From positions 17,880,560 to 17,944,559 of the forward strand of contig NC_134027.1 in the NCBI RefSeq assembly GCF_964204645.1: a DNA stretch of 64,000 nucleotides, written 5' to 3'. How positions within the stretch are numbered: the stretch's first letter is position 1; each line of letters starts with the position of its first letter. A model generated the notes under the pieces. The model was not told where the DNA came from. It ran no database searches and saw nothing but the letters and a program-made list of their open reading frames with translations. The position numbers and the translations under genes were made by a program. This stretch comes from Tubulanus polymorphus (Eukaryota > Animalia > Nemertea). Shown one piece after another: positions 12,259 through 24,920 of this stretch.

Positions 12259-12666
12259 ACTCGGATTTTATTTACGACTGCAAAATAACGAGTACCGAGT
12301 ACCGAGTACCGAGTACCGGTTTGCTACAATACAAAAACAACTAAATGAGTAACAATACAATAAAATTAGCGGAAAATTGTGATAATTTGATAACTTACAA
12401 TTGCTACATCCAGCCATAGCGTAGTGCTGGCATACTTCTAATACGAATGACAGGATAAGACTGTGCATTTACAAAAATGCCCCGAAAATTTATACGGTTA
12501 GAAATTCATGGTTTACTAAATCTATTCAATTCTACGTGAAGCGAAACGCGAAGGATTTAAGGATAATACGAAAATACTGTATACAAATCCAACAGTACTG
12601 GTACACAATTTCAACAATACCGGTAAAGGAAGCACACATTTAACTTTATATACATAGATTTCAACA
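12259..12666 (-). repeat. BEL 5' LTR (408 bp, shorter than the 3' LTR)
   Basis: Matches 6333-6726; carries four gagtacc heptamers versus two. Confidence 0.9.
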
Positions 12667-12879
12667 AGCGCTAAATTTATAACTCAACTTTCCAGAGCTC
12701 AAGGCTGCTGCTATAACAAGCTTTCCCACGTAGATACCTACGTCACTCTCACCTATCTGCTATGCTTCTCTCTTATGTGTGACATAAGTATACACGTAGG
12801 TTGCCTGCTAACCGCAACTACTGCCTTGAACTCCGGCTTATTTTCCCATTGTCTAAATATGTAATTTATTACTCCAATA

Positions 12880-13731
12880 CTGGCACCTGTGGACTGAGGC
12901 CAGGACAACAACACAAACTAACGAAACGAAACAACAAAATTGAAAAAAATAAGAAACCTACACTAATTTACATTTTTCTTCATCCCGAATTAATTATTTC
13001 ATAATTTATCATGGAAAACACGAAAATTAGAAATATATATCGCAAAACCATCAAAATTAAAATTTATTGTTTCGTCTTGGAAGTTTTATATAAATCTTTG
13101 TAGGTCACCTTGTCTATCATTCCACATGTATGCAATACAGAGAAATGGCGGCCAATGACGGAATTTGCGGAGAAATTAATTTCTCAAAACAATGTTGATA
13201 AATCGCTCAAAACATTCATAAAATTTGATTATTTCGAAAGGTACCTGTGTAAGTTTGTGAATTAAGCCATTAATTGTCATCTTCACCCGTCAAGGGATTC
13301 GAACCCACTACGCTAAAGTTGTTCACTGAACCCCTTGACCTCACGAGTTGTTGGAGTCATTACTAGCCGACCAGGATCGGGTCGTACCAATCACAGCGCT
13401 TGTAACAAACGATGTCCATTGCTTTTCCCGTTAAATGGACCAATCAGCGAACGTTTTACTGAAAAAGGAAGTATTTCGCAAATCGATATATGACGTCATG
13501 CGCCATTAATGAAATCAGGCTTCATGAGGCCAGGGGGCTTGTGGAAGCGAGTTTCGGAGTGATACCGGACCCCTGGCAAGCGAGGATGTTAATTGTGGAC
13601 TGAAGTGAATAGAAAGTATATTTTTGAAGTGTTACTTTTTTCAACCGTGTTTTGGCCCTTGTCATCCCTAACGTTGGTATAAGCCCATCCGATTATAAAA
13701 AGCTTACCACCAACGATTAGGTAACTAACTA
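12880..13731 (+). mobile_element. Partial copy of the Academ-like non-autonomous element at 20320-21166
   Basis: Matches about 20630-21166 from ctggcacctgtggactgaggccagg to ttaggtaactaacta, interrupted by a 311-bp insertion. Confidence 0.8.
13278..13588. mobile_element. MITE with 8-bp TSD
   Basis: TSD ttaattgt on both sides; imperfect TIRs catcttcacccgtcaaggg / ccctggcaagcgaggatg; the empty site is seen in the paralogous copy near 21025. Confidence 0.85.
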
Positions 13732-14180
13732 CGTCTCCTTCTGCCTCTGGTCCGGGTCCATCGCCGTTTCGCTTCGGTTCTGCCTCCGGTTCATATAAAT
13801 ACGGCCCGATCATTAATTCCTCTTCGTCACTTCTTTCCTGCCATTCAAATTCACTAAGCGATTCATCTGGATTTGATGCCAAAGAGGTATCAAATTCAGA
13901 TGAATCGCTCCCATTGTCCGATTCTCTATTCATTTCTATAGACGCCATTATTGAGCTGCTCCCTTTAATGACGTAGGTTCTATAGGCCTAAATAGCCCGC
14001 AGTACACGTGTTTTTCCGGAACGACGTAAAGAAAACAAGGTGTGGGAAAATCAAAATCATCAAATATCACTTTAAATTGAAGTTTTTTCCGATCTTTCAA
14101 ATTGTCAATCTAAATAGAATACTATAATGAATCATTTTATTGCAATTGTAGAAAATTCTTGAAAAAGAGTCAGTTACCCT
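13732..14180 (-). mobile_element. Kolobok-like element end with an acidic ORF remnant
   Basis: Terminus gtcagttaccct followed by TTAA, shared with 46724-48170; ORF from 13948 reads MASIEMNRE...GPYLYEPE. Confidence 0.6.
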
Positions 14181-14264
14181 TTAATCATTCTACTTAATTC
14201 TACTTCCCTATTCTACTATCCTTACATTTCTTTTAGAATAGTTAACTAGTCTACTATATTTCCC

Positions 14265-14405
14265 TTTTAGGTTTAGAGGATTAAGTGTTAAGAAGGTTAG
14301 GATTTATGGGTTTAGGGTATAGAGGGTTAAGTGTTTAGGGGTTAGGGTTAAGACGGTTTAGAGGATTGGGATTTAGAGGGTTAGGGTTTAGGGGGTTAGG
14401 GTTAG
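14265..14405 (+). repeat. Degenerate telomere-like (TTAGGG-related) tract
   Basis: gggttagggtttagggggttagggttag and variants. Confidence 0.7.
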
Positions 14406-15507
14406 AAAAGTAGAACAGTAACTATTCTATTACGATCGTAACGATCGTTAGGATACGAGCCTAGTATATGTCCTAATGAGAAAATCATAAAATAGTACTA
14501 TTTTTGACTGACTACCGGTATCCTTTAGAATAGTAGAATAGCAACTATTCTATTACGATCGAACTCCATTATGAGTTTTCCGGTTTGCTCGGCTACCCGT
14601 ACTGGTGGGGTAGTCTAGATAGGCAAATGAAAGCTCCGGTTTGCTGAACTACCCCTTTTTGCGGGGATGCGGTATGATGTTTGATCTGACAGTTTCAAGT
14701 GGTTAATGGGTGTTTCAAGTGCTTACAACGATGCTTATTACTTCATGTGGTACAAAAAAATGTCATAATACCAATACGCTATACCGCTAGGGCTTCGTAG
14801 AAAGAGCACTGCCTGTGGCCTTCCCAAACTTTAATTTTCCTGATCGATTTGATTTCGTCCAAATGAGACTGAGACGGCCTTTTCCAGTTATGGCATTTTT
14901 GGATCACATCACTGGAAATGACTTACGCTTTTGGGCCACTTTTTCGGTTCCAGACGTTTCATTTGAGCTATATACCACAATGGTGACACCATGGTGGTCA
15001 GTAACTGACCAATTGAGATATCCCCGAGTCTGAACACTTGAACACACGAATTTCGGTAATTTTTCAAGTCATATTTGTTTTCAAACTACTAATGAATCAT
15101 CATTGCAAATTCATCACTGACCATCACTGACCACCACTGACCATTTCAAATTTCTCGAATATGAGAACGAAATACCGCGTTTGATTTGATCATAGGCCTA
15201 CTTGAAATACGCGTCATTTCAAATCACGATTACCGTACATCATTGCGCGATATTCGAAAAACTTCAAATTGATTGGCTAGATATATAGACTGGTGGGCGC
15301 TGAGCGTTCACCTGTCCGCCCAAGAAATTGTGGTTGATGTAATAGACCAATAAAGGGTTTGTGTTGGCGTGAGCTTCAGCGGGCGGCAATTAAACTCTGG
15401 CAAACGAGGATGGTATAAGTAGGGCCTACAAAAGCCTTGTAGGAATATGAAAATTAGTCACGAACTTGGTCACGAATTTACCAATATTTGTCAGTTATTT
15501 TTATATT

Positions 15508-18051
15508 TCAGCGTGTCCATTCTTCGTATCGTGTCATAACCTCTCGCCAAAAGTCAGGTTTCACTTGGAAATGCCTTTCTGTTACAGGTTCTGGTGGTGG
15601 TATTAAAGTAACTATGTCATCATAATCATACCAAACATCATTATCAGCCTTTGGTGGCCAACAGTACCTATTTTGACCAATTTTATGCATGCAGCTTACC
15701 CTGACTGACTCTTCATCAGCATCTTCTATGAAGGACGGAAATGGTTTTTTATCGTATTCAACTATGCAGTACTTACCAATGAATAAAGGATCATAAACAT
15801 GAACTAGTTCCAAAATGGAAATTTCAACTTATTTTGCAACCTTTTAGAGCCATGGTCATTACTTTGATTCACAGAACTTGATACAGTGACATCGTTATTG
15901 GAAACGAGTGCTTCAGGACCCTTCACCAATAGCTTAGATTTATTTACATTGCCGAGAAAATCATGAGTAATAGGTTTGAAACATTTGCACTGTTCCCTGT
16001 TACAAAAACAGCTTAGATGTCTGCAAGAAACTTTACCCCGTCCACAGCTCACCAGCTGGTGGAATTTCATGGTACCAGGGATTGATCTCAAAGTGATGTT
16101 ATCTAAATCTCTGTCTAATGACTGCACCTGCTCCTCGGTCACATAAAATAATTTAACATTTGTGTGCTCCGACAACAATTCAAATAATGTCTTACTATCA
16201 GGAATGTCGTTCCCTTGTGAAACTAGCCGGTCGGCTGTTCTCTTGAGGGTACCTCCGATCCCATCGGCAGCCCCCTTTCCATGGCCCGCTTCTAAAAATG
16301 ACCAATTTACATAGGCCATATTCCAATCATATGGTTTAGTGGACAGAAGGAAAAAATTTGACTTGCATCTATACTGAGTTGTAGGTCCATCAGAGACAAA
16401 ATATGCTCTGTTGATACCTGGAAATGTTTGGGATAAGTAGTCGAATACTGGTTTTAGGTGCGCCCAAATTGCTGATGGGTCATGGCGCCTACACTCAGAT
16501 ATAGATGCAAAAACCAATTGTTTCTTCTTTTGTGTAAACTAAGCCTGTATGGAGCGTTGCCTGTGCATTCGATGCTCCAAAGTGAGTAGATTGGATTGCC
16601 TCATGGTATTTTAAGCTATAGTTTTCACTAAAGTCTATATGTATTAGACATTCAGTTTCGTCTAAACTCAACCTTTTCTCTTTCAGTGTTTTGTACTGAT
16701 GCCTGATGTTAAAGACGTGCCGACAAAACTTTCGACCTAAATTTTTTCGAATATATCAACCAGTTTATCCAGTTTTCCATCGACCTTGACCTTTTCGATT
16801 TTCTTCGTAGTCTCTGTCACGCCATCTTTATTCTTGTATTCATGATCAACCAATTTCCATTCGTACCACCATGCATCTGCCGCAATGTCATAAGTGTTGA
16901 ATTTGGGTCGTAAATCTTTACACTCTCGACACATACAGTCTGCATCATTGACAGAACAGCAAATTGAATGTATCAGTTCCTCGGGATTCGGAGTTGAAAT
17001 GACTTTAAGACGATACAGTCTATCTGCCATGAGATTTTTATCATGAATTCGACAGTTACATGTATTGAGATCTGAAGCCTTTGGGTGTACCACCCAAAAT
17101 GGTTTGTTTTTGCAAAAGAATGGATATGATATTCTAAATGTCAGATTTTCAAACAGAAATTTGCTGTGCAGATCAAGCATCGACTCGTTCAGCAGTCGCT
17201 TTTGTTTCTTGTCTTTTGGTGGGTTACTGTATCGCGTTTCCCAGGACACATGCGGCTATTGTCATCCCTCAAGAAATATTCCTGAATGGCTTTTACGATC
17301 TCGTCTGAATGATGATCACGACGTCTTTTTCTTTCAAATTCACCCGGTTGTAGAAGATGATGAGAAACTTGTAAGCGCTTCTCAGCATGGGAAACGAGAC
17401 GGTATTTCTTGAGGTATGAAGTACAGAATGCTTTCCGCAAAAGTTGCCTTTCCCGCTGAGTTTTGATAGCGCGGTATTTAGTACGGATCGAGTCCTCCAA
17501 ACAATATGCAAAAGTCAAGTGTTTTTGTACCACATTCTTGTGCAAAACTAACATCCGCTTGGTCTTTGTTTTTGGACTTTCAAATGTTTCACGTGAAGTT
17601 TTAAAGTTTGTCTGTGCCCTCTCATATCGCTTCTGAACTCGTTTTACAGCCCTTTGTGCACACGCCAATTGGACAGTTAGTTTATCAATCTTTTATACGC
17701 TTTGCTGCGATCTCTTCTAACTTTTTTACGTCCACGGGTCTTATTCGAGCCACTGGACCTGGAATCTAGTTCATCGAAAGGACTTGAAGGAGGTGTTATC
17801 AGATTTTGCACCTCCTTTATTCTATTTCGGTGAGTCCTTTGATCTTTACGCCATCGTTTTCGTTGTGTTCTCTTCTCTCTCGAGTTCATATCATCTATCA
17901 ATTTACGTTCCCCAGCTTCCTTTCTTTGTTTATTACGCTCGCGTTCTGATTTTAGGTAGTTTTCATATGTTGCTGGGTCGGCCTTTTTTCTATCGCGGCA
18001 ACGTTTTGCTCTTTCTTTACCGCTCAAAGGGTTTTTCTTTTTAGGAGGCAT
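15508..18051 (-). pseudogene. Sola2-like DDE transposase, frameshifted
   Basis: Consecutive ORF pieces carry DDNSRMCPGK, FFCKNKPFWV, TCNCRIH, HIDFSENY (about 16620-16640), SDGPTTQYR, FLEAGHGKGAADGIGGTLKR and a C-terminal YCWP...WYDYDD domain. A splice acceptor ttttctcag lies directly before the ATG. Confidence 0.75.
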
Positions 18052-18453
18052 CTGAGAAAAAGAATATGAAAAATTGATTATATAATTGTAGGTTACCGAT
18101 AATCAATATAGTGTACGTATTTGTAATTGATGTGTTAAATGCTGACACACTTTGGGATATAATAATAATCGCCGATTATCAATAACATGTCGTTGACGTT
18201 TGGATCTTCTACGCTAACGACTATAGAATCATGTGGAATCTGGTTTGATTGAAATCAGTTAAAAATTATTTTGGCATTGAAAACTATGTTAATTCTGTAA
18301 ATCTGGGGAGGCCTAGAATTAATCAGATTATTACAACGGTACTTTGAAATGACTATAACGTGACTACTTAAGATTTATAGTGCATCACCCTTATTTTGAA
18401 AAATACAATTATCCCACAATTAACACAGGTAATCACAAGTCTCATTGATTTCT

Positions 18454-19060
18454 GTCAGTACCATAACGAATAGTCAGTACCGTAACAGTAGTATGCGTTA
18501 TGGTACTGATGTTACGGTACTGACGGTTGACAACAAACTTCATTGAATTGGCCTTTAAAACAAGGAGTGTGAAGCCATTAGAGCGGACTAAATACTACTG
18601 CCCTTAGTAAGTTCTTAGAGCTACATGAGTACAATTCCACTGGACCACATTTTCTAAGTATTTTCTTCCTTACGGTACTGATATCAAATTTACATACTAT
18701 CGGCTAAATACCACAAGAATGAACTAAAAAGTGAATATTTACCTTGGGTGATCTTGTTTTTGCTTTGAAAAATGGCGGCTGTCTCTATTCACAAGTCTCC
18801 CATGATGCCTTGAAAAAATCAATACTTTTCCTTGATCTAGCACTAGGTGAACTTATGCGTTACGGTACTGACATAACTTCGGAGAATAGTTTGAAAAGCA
18901 TGAATATTTTTATTTTCTTACATTTTCTATCAATCAACGGTATTGTTTTAATTAATAATATATTAAGTGTAAATAGACACTAAACAATAGTGATTTATTC
19001 CAAATTTTAAATAGATGAAAAGATGAAAAACCAGTTTAGCTGAGCTGGAGACACTTATTT
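18454..19060 (-). mobile_element. 5' subterminal region of the Sola2-like transposon
   Basis: Several gtcagtaccgtaac / gttacggtactgac motifs in both orientations (18454-18525, 18670, 18859); donor caag|gtaaat near 18742; candidate terminus gaaataagtgtc near 19060. Confidence 0.5.
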
Positions 19061-19555
19061 CTTGATGAATTTGCACTATTTAGCTCATTCTAATTTTTGA
19101 AGATTAGACGAAAACTGTTTGAATATGAACTTCTTGCAATCTATTTAGCCTGTGACACATGATTAGGGCTTGATATTGTAGCTTTGTCACCATAAATTTG
19201 CCGCAATAATCCATAAACTGTTGGAGACACCATAGCGGCAATTTATTGCAAACCACCCATGTCTTTAGCCCGCGATCGAAGAGGACGCCATGTTGGATTT
19301 CACTGACTAAATCGCCACTAACTTGCTCGCCGAGTAAGTTAGTCGATTTAATAAATCAATTTACTAAACCGCGTCCATAAACGAGTTGATTTACCAAATC
19401 GGATTCACTAAACCGCTTGCCGTAAACGTGAAACTTAAATCGATTTACAAAGATTCAGTTTCGTAAAAGCGCCTACAGAAAGCATAACAGGTTGTACACA
19501 GGTTGAGAGAAAACAAACAATAAAATTTACAATTTAAAAAAAAGCACAATCATAA

Positions 19556-19582
19556 AGAGAGAGAGAGAGAGAGAAAGAGAGA
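19556..19582 (+). repeat. (GA)n microsatellite
   Basis: agagagagagagagagagaaagagaga. Confidence 0.9.
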
Positions 19583-20048
19583 ACAGTTGCTTTCAGTGTG
19601 GGCCAAGCAAAGCCTTTATAGGCCGCTGTCGCAAGCACCCAGGGAAAAAACGAAAGGGAAATGAAGAAACAGGAGAAGGAAATGAGAGTTGATGATTTTT
19701 GATAATCTCAGGAGAGTTTATATGAGTAAGCTAGAGTTCAGGAGAGTGAGCAATTATAACAATTAGAGTTGTTACATTGATGGATATCATTGTAGGCGGA
19801 GGTGAGATATGGTATGAGTTTACGTTTTAAATTTTGTTTGCTTGTTTGTAAAATGCTAATCCGTATACTATCTCTAGACGGAACGAACATGGTTTTGAGT
19901 CATCTGAAATAGTCAGTTCCCAGAGGGAATGTTCACAGGCAAACTTCAACCAAATTGCCTGCTTCCACGTCACGTAGTTTCCTGTTGTTTGGAGTTGGAT
20001 TTTAGTTTGGTCATCGGTATGTCTTATAAAGTTGTGATGACGTCTGTG

Positions 20049-20271
20049 GGTAAAAGTGCAGATCCGCACCTCTCATGATTGACGCAATCTGCTGAATGAC
20101 AGAATCCAGGCTAAAATCTCTATACTACGTACTCTCTCTATAGTGAAGATATCTTAAAATTAGCCATTGACAATGTACTGAATTGCTGATGACTTTTTGA
20201 ATCTTAGACAATGATATTTAAGTAATTGATTGAACCGTTTACGCGGAGAGGTGCGGATCTGCACTTTTACC
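20049..20271. mobile_element. MITE, Merlin-like (GG..CC ends, 8-bp TSD)
   Basis: Perfect 26-bp TIR ggtaaaagtgcagatccgcacctctc; cgtctgtg flanks both sides. Confidence 0.85.
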
Positions 20272-20283
20272 CGTCTGTGTGAT

Positions 20284-21331
20284 CAGGGGCGGATCTAGAG
20301 CCCAATTTAGGGGGGGGCCTAGTCAGTAACCTGACTGTGGTTTAGTTTCACGATCGGATATTTTCACAAACCACAGTCAGGAATGGGAAGGTCATTTTTG
20401 TATGAAATCTTCGTCAGCCAATTTGACTGACGAGTAATTTGCCTGGCATTTCATTGTCTCTTAAGATATCTGTCTCATTTTTGTTGTAATCGACGCACAA
20501 CAGATTCGTAGTTTGTCTGATACCTATAACACCTCACCTGACGATCTTAATCCATGTGCAAATCGGCCGTAAAGTGAGAGTAAATTTCCGTCCAGTCAAC
20601 AGCTGCCATTTTGAAAATTACTGGAGGTGCTGGCACCTGTGGACTGAGGCCAGGACAACAGCACAAACTAACAAAGCGAAACGACGAAATTTAAAAAAAT
20701 TAAAAAATCAACACTTATTCACATTTTTCTTTTACCAGAATTTATTATTTCATTATTTATTATGGAAAACACGAAGACTTGAAATAAAAGTTGGAAAACC
20801 ATCAAAAATAAAAATTGTCGTTTCGTCTTGAAAGTTGTATATTAATCCTTGTAGGTCCCCTTGTCTTATCATGCCACATGTGCAATACAGAGAAATGGCG
20901 GCCAATGGCGAAATTTGTGGAGAAATTAATTAATTTCTCAAAATAATGCTGATTAATCACTCGAAACGTACATAAAATTGGATTATTTCGAAAGGTACCT
21001 GTGTTAGTTTGTGAATTAAGCCATTAATTGTGGACTGAAGTGAATAGAAAGTATATTTTTGAAGTGTTACTTTTTTCAACCGTGTTTTGGTCCTTGTCAT
21101 CCCTAACGTTGGTATAAGCCCATCCGATTAGAAAAAGCTTACCACCAACGATTAGGTAACTAACTAGGGGGGGCCCAACTAATAAATGTAGCTATGATGA
21201 TACTGTATTGACACCGTGCGGCGTAGGCGCGAGACGTTCCTACGCTTCGTGACGAAGCGCGTGGCGGTCGGTCGAAAAAAACGATCTTCACTCAAAGGAG
21301 GGAGGGGGCCCCCTCCCTAGATCCGCGCCTG
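20284..21331. mobile_element. hAT-like MITE hosting the Academ-like insertion
   Basis: Ends caggggcggatctag / ctagatccgcgcctg; TSD imperfect. Confidence 0.65.
20320..21166 (+). mobile_element. Non-autonomous Academ(H)-like DNA transposon with 9-bp TSD
   Basis: TAG...CTA termini (tagtcagtaacctga / ttaggtaactaacta); gggggggcc duplicated at 20311-20319 and 21167-21175. Confidence 0.7.
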
Positions 21332-22455
21332 CTGATGATAGGCCTACCCTGCGCATCTGAGCCAATTTGTTTTACAGCCCCCTTTAGTCTGAATTCAACA
21401 CGTTGGCATTGTTACGCTCCCTACATTCGGTTTTCGGATCACTAATTCAGCCTAAATGAATACTTTATTGATTCTTGTTACATCAGAACACGATAGCTGG
21501 AGGTCCAAAATCAAAGATTTAACCCAGCAGCCTATGGTCTATCACTGGTTTTGTCATATCGCAGAATCGCGGAATTTTCAAAAAAAAAAACACTGAATTC
21601 CTTTGTTATTATCACAGGTAGCTATATCCATAAAAAATTAAAATGGCTCCAATCTTACTGAAAGAAAGCTTGTTGGATTGGAATGGGGAGGGCTCAAATA
21701 ACAATATGCTTTTGAAGTTTTTGAATTATCTTCGGTAGTTTTCGAGATATCGCAAATTGAAGTTTGAAAATTTGTGCGAAAAGTGTCTTCATGTTTCAAT
21801 ACGCAAAAACTCTGATCTAAGAAGGCAATATTTCATGTAAACAAACTTCAATATCTCTTAAACTAAAAGAGATAGACTAGAAATTTAAAGAGCAATACAC
21901 TCATAGCACTTTCAGGTGACAGTTGAAAGACCCAAGATTTTTATCTGATCCCAAATACCTATGGTTTCCATGGAAACCAGCCAAAAAATGGTAAAATAAT
22001 GAAAATATCGATGTTAGATCAAAAGTTATGATGTATAAAGGGGATAGAATAACTAGTTATCAATAGTTTATGTTTGCCCTAAGTTTATCTAGGAATATCT
22101 ATTATCATATAGATTATTATTATTTGGTTTCCATGGTACGGCAAGAAAAATTGAGAAAAAATGATATGATTTCAGGTGAAATTATTTTTTTCACTACATA
22201 ATTTTTGAAATGAATCAGACATGATTGTCAAGGCCTGTCAGTCAGGTCTATAGGCTCCTATTGCAAATTGATTTAAATGTACCAATTATATATATTATTT
22301 GCTAAATGAATTTTAGTAAAGAATAGCAGAAAATCAGGCTTGGCTCTATTAGCTCAAAATGCGGAAATTTGAAATATATTCATGATATTCATAATAAAAT
22401 CAATCAGTTTAGAAACATAAACCAAGCAATAATAATAATACTACTAATAATAACT

Positions 22456-23000
22456 AAATAATAATCCATTTGTTTTGTTTTGAGCTAAATTTCCACAATA
22501 TTTTATATATATTTAAATTTTGCTGCGTTTGGAAAATCCCCTCGGGAGCCTCACTGTCCCATCACGCGCCTCTATTTTTGTCCATCACAAGCCTCAATTC
22601 ATCCCATTAGACGCCTCCCTCTTTCAACAGCCGCTTTACTCACGGGAGCGTATTGGCTGTCTGCGCGCGCAAAAAATTTTTTACCGATCATTTCGCTAAA
22701 TCTGTCCTAATATTCAGAAATATAGTTATGAATCGGAAAATAAATACAATAAATCACCGCTAGACCGATGAATAATTGTTAAATATTGATCCCATCACGA
22801 GCAGCGCGGCGCGTCGTCATTCAATAACAAGTGCCGGCCGCCATTTTGTATCGCTCGCTTCAACGCAAAACTTAGACATCGACTTTTCCGGCAGCGATCG
22901 CTCAGCCCCGACACGAAATAAAATCATGCGGTTTTCAGTAGGCTCTATTTGAATTCTAAGATCCTAAACCTTCCGATTCCTGATGATTCGTCGCTTATTC
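22456..23000 (+). repeat. Dispersed repeat with an inverted copy at about 28040-28483
   Basis: ctttcaacagccgctt, gcgcgcgcaaaaaa and cctaaaccttccgatt appear reverse-complemented at 28060-28350. Confidence 0.8.
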
Positions 23001-24920
23001 CGGGTCCTAAGCTGACGAATTTAGCTCTTGAAAAAGGGTATTTTTCGATTTCTATTTTCTTCGACTAAAATGTGGATTTATACACTAAACCAACCCCCAA
23101 GTGAAAGAGATGATCTTATTGGTTGATTCCAAAAGATTTTAGCTCATTTGCATTGATAGACAGGTTTTATGAATGATTTTACTATGCGATGTCAAAACGC
23201 GTAGTAAAAACGCGCATCACACTTTTCCTAATCAATAATGGTCGTCACAAACGATAGTGGTGCCCCGCGCGGACATGAACATACCTATCACAGGGACTTG
23301 ACACAAAAGGATTTTGACCCCAGTGAGTATCCTAGGTACTAGGCCTAGCCTATATATAAAGAAGAAAATTAATTTTAAAAAATTATTTGACGCATGCGAA
23401 AAAAATGTAGAATTTCTGGGATAAGCTAATGTGGAATTGCAAATTTGAAATCGAAGTTTTAAGAAATTTGGGGAATGATGAGATTTGGCGATTGGGTAGA
23501 TGAAACAGGTCTTTGACTCTAGTAATGGTTTAATTTTTTTTAATTGAAAATTCTCAATAACTGATCACGAACTTGCGACCTACTTCAATTACTTTAAAGT
23601 TATTCAAAATCAAATTAAATGCCGAAATCAAATGTTCAGTTTATGACAGAAAGTTTTCTGGCAGCTAATCGTGGAAAGAAGGTTCTTCAGTCACGAGTGG
23701 CCTCCCACCGTAGATGAGTTCTTTCACTCAAAACAAAGTCAACAGGAAATTGAATTTAGTATCGAATATAGTTGAATTTAATAAGGTTATTCGTAGGCGC
23801 CTAAATGTATTTTGCTTGGTATGGGCTGATAAGTACTCTAGGTACCGTTTTATGTATCAATTAGGTTTTCGTCTTTAAAAAATTACCCTCAAATTTGGTG
23901 ATCATACCCTCAAAAGCCCCTCAAATACCCCTCAAATTTCATATTGATGGTTCTGTAGGAACCATGACTTATGCCTCTAAGCTGGTCTGCAACTTCATTG
24001 CCTCCATGGTTGAAGAAAGAGCTCTTCTGATGTCTGCTTCATCATGACTTCGAGCATATCGTGTGGCCTAGCCAGCCGGGCCTCGGGTCTGGCTGTCACT
24101 CGATATCCTAGTCTTGAGCCTGGGTTGAAGTAGACATTGTCATTTAAAACGGCATGTTTATGTTGTTCTGTATGAATTACCCGTGTGTAATGTATGCTGT
24201 ATTTTCTTATTTCAAAATTTGTTTTTATTGAATTTGGGAATTTTATCCCGGAATTTCAATGTTATAACGATCAATCAAGAATTGAATTGAATTGTCACCT
24301 AATACACATGCCATCAGAGGACGCAGAGCCGTATATGACAGCTATGCTATTATAAATCGCTAATCTCACGAAACCTGCATACTCCTAATATCGAACATAT
24401 TTTCTAAAACATTTGAATATTGAAATTATATGTTTACACATTTTCTTATTGACCGCTTGTAGCCGCTGATGAAATTCACGCCGGCCCTACACACATCGTA
24501 GATAGCTTATCATTTCGATTTATGCCTGCCGCTTCTGATATAATCATACATCCTTTACTATTACAAGACGTCTTCTAATGATATTCAATGCAATATAAAA
24601 TTTCGACGTTCAAATATAGGTCATTATATAATCACAGGAAGCCATTCTACATCTATGTCAATAATATTTTGCCAAATTGCTTGTTTGTGTACACATAGAC
24701 CTGTGACGTTTTGTCAGATCGGTCGATAGGTATGTCACTTCAACAGTTCGTAACTTTGTTATTAATAATCCAATCCGCTTCAAGTAAGATTATTTTTAAA
24801 GATAACGCATTTCTGCGTTAGACTGGGTAGTTTGAGTGCCTTTGAGTTTTGCGATTAATCCGAAAAAATCGGCAAAATCCGTCTGCACCGCACCAGCCTG
24901 GAAGTAAGTATGACCATGAT

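Larger units (their letters stand above)
6174..12666 (-). mobile_element. BEL/Pao LTR retrotransposon, near full-length, decayed
   Basis: Two LTR copies flank gag-PR-RT-RNaseH-IN on the minus strand. Ends read TGTTG...TTACA; a purine-rich ggaggtgccg precedes the 3' LTR. No matching TSD (aaaat vs agcgc), so the 6174 boundary is less certain. Confidence 0.92.

Noticed and set aside
13294-13312. tRNA B-box-like motif gggattcgaacccact (similar at about 46356)
   Set aside because: No cloverleaf or A-box could be built; at most SINE-derived remnants inside MITEs.
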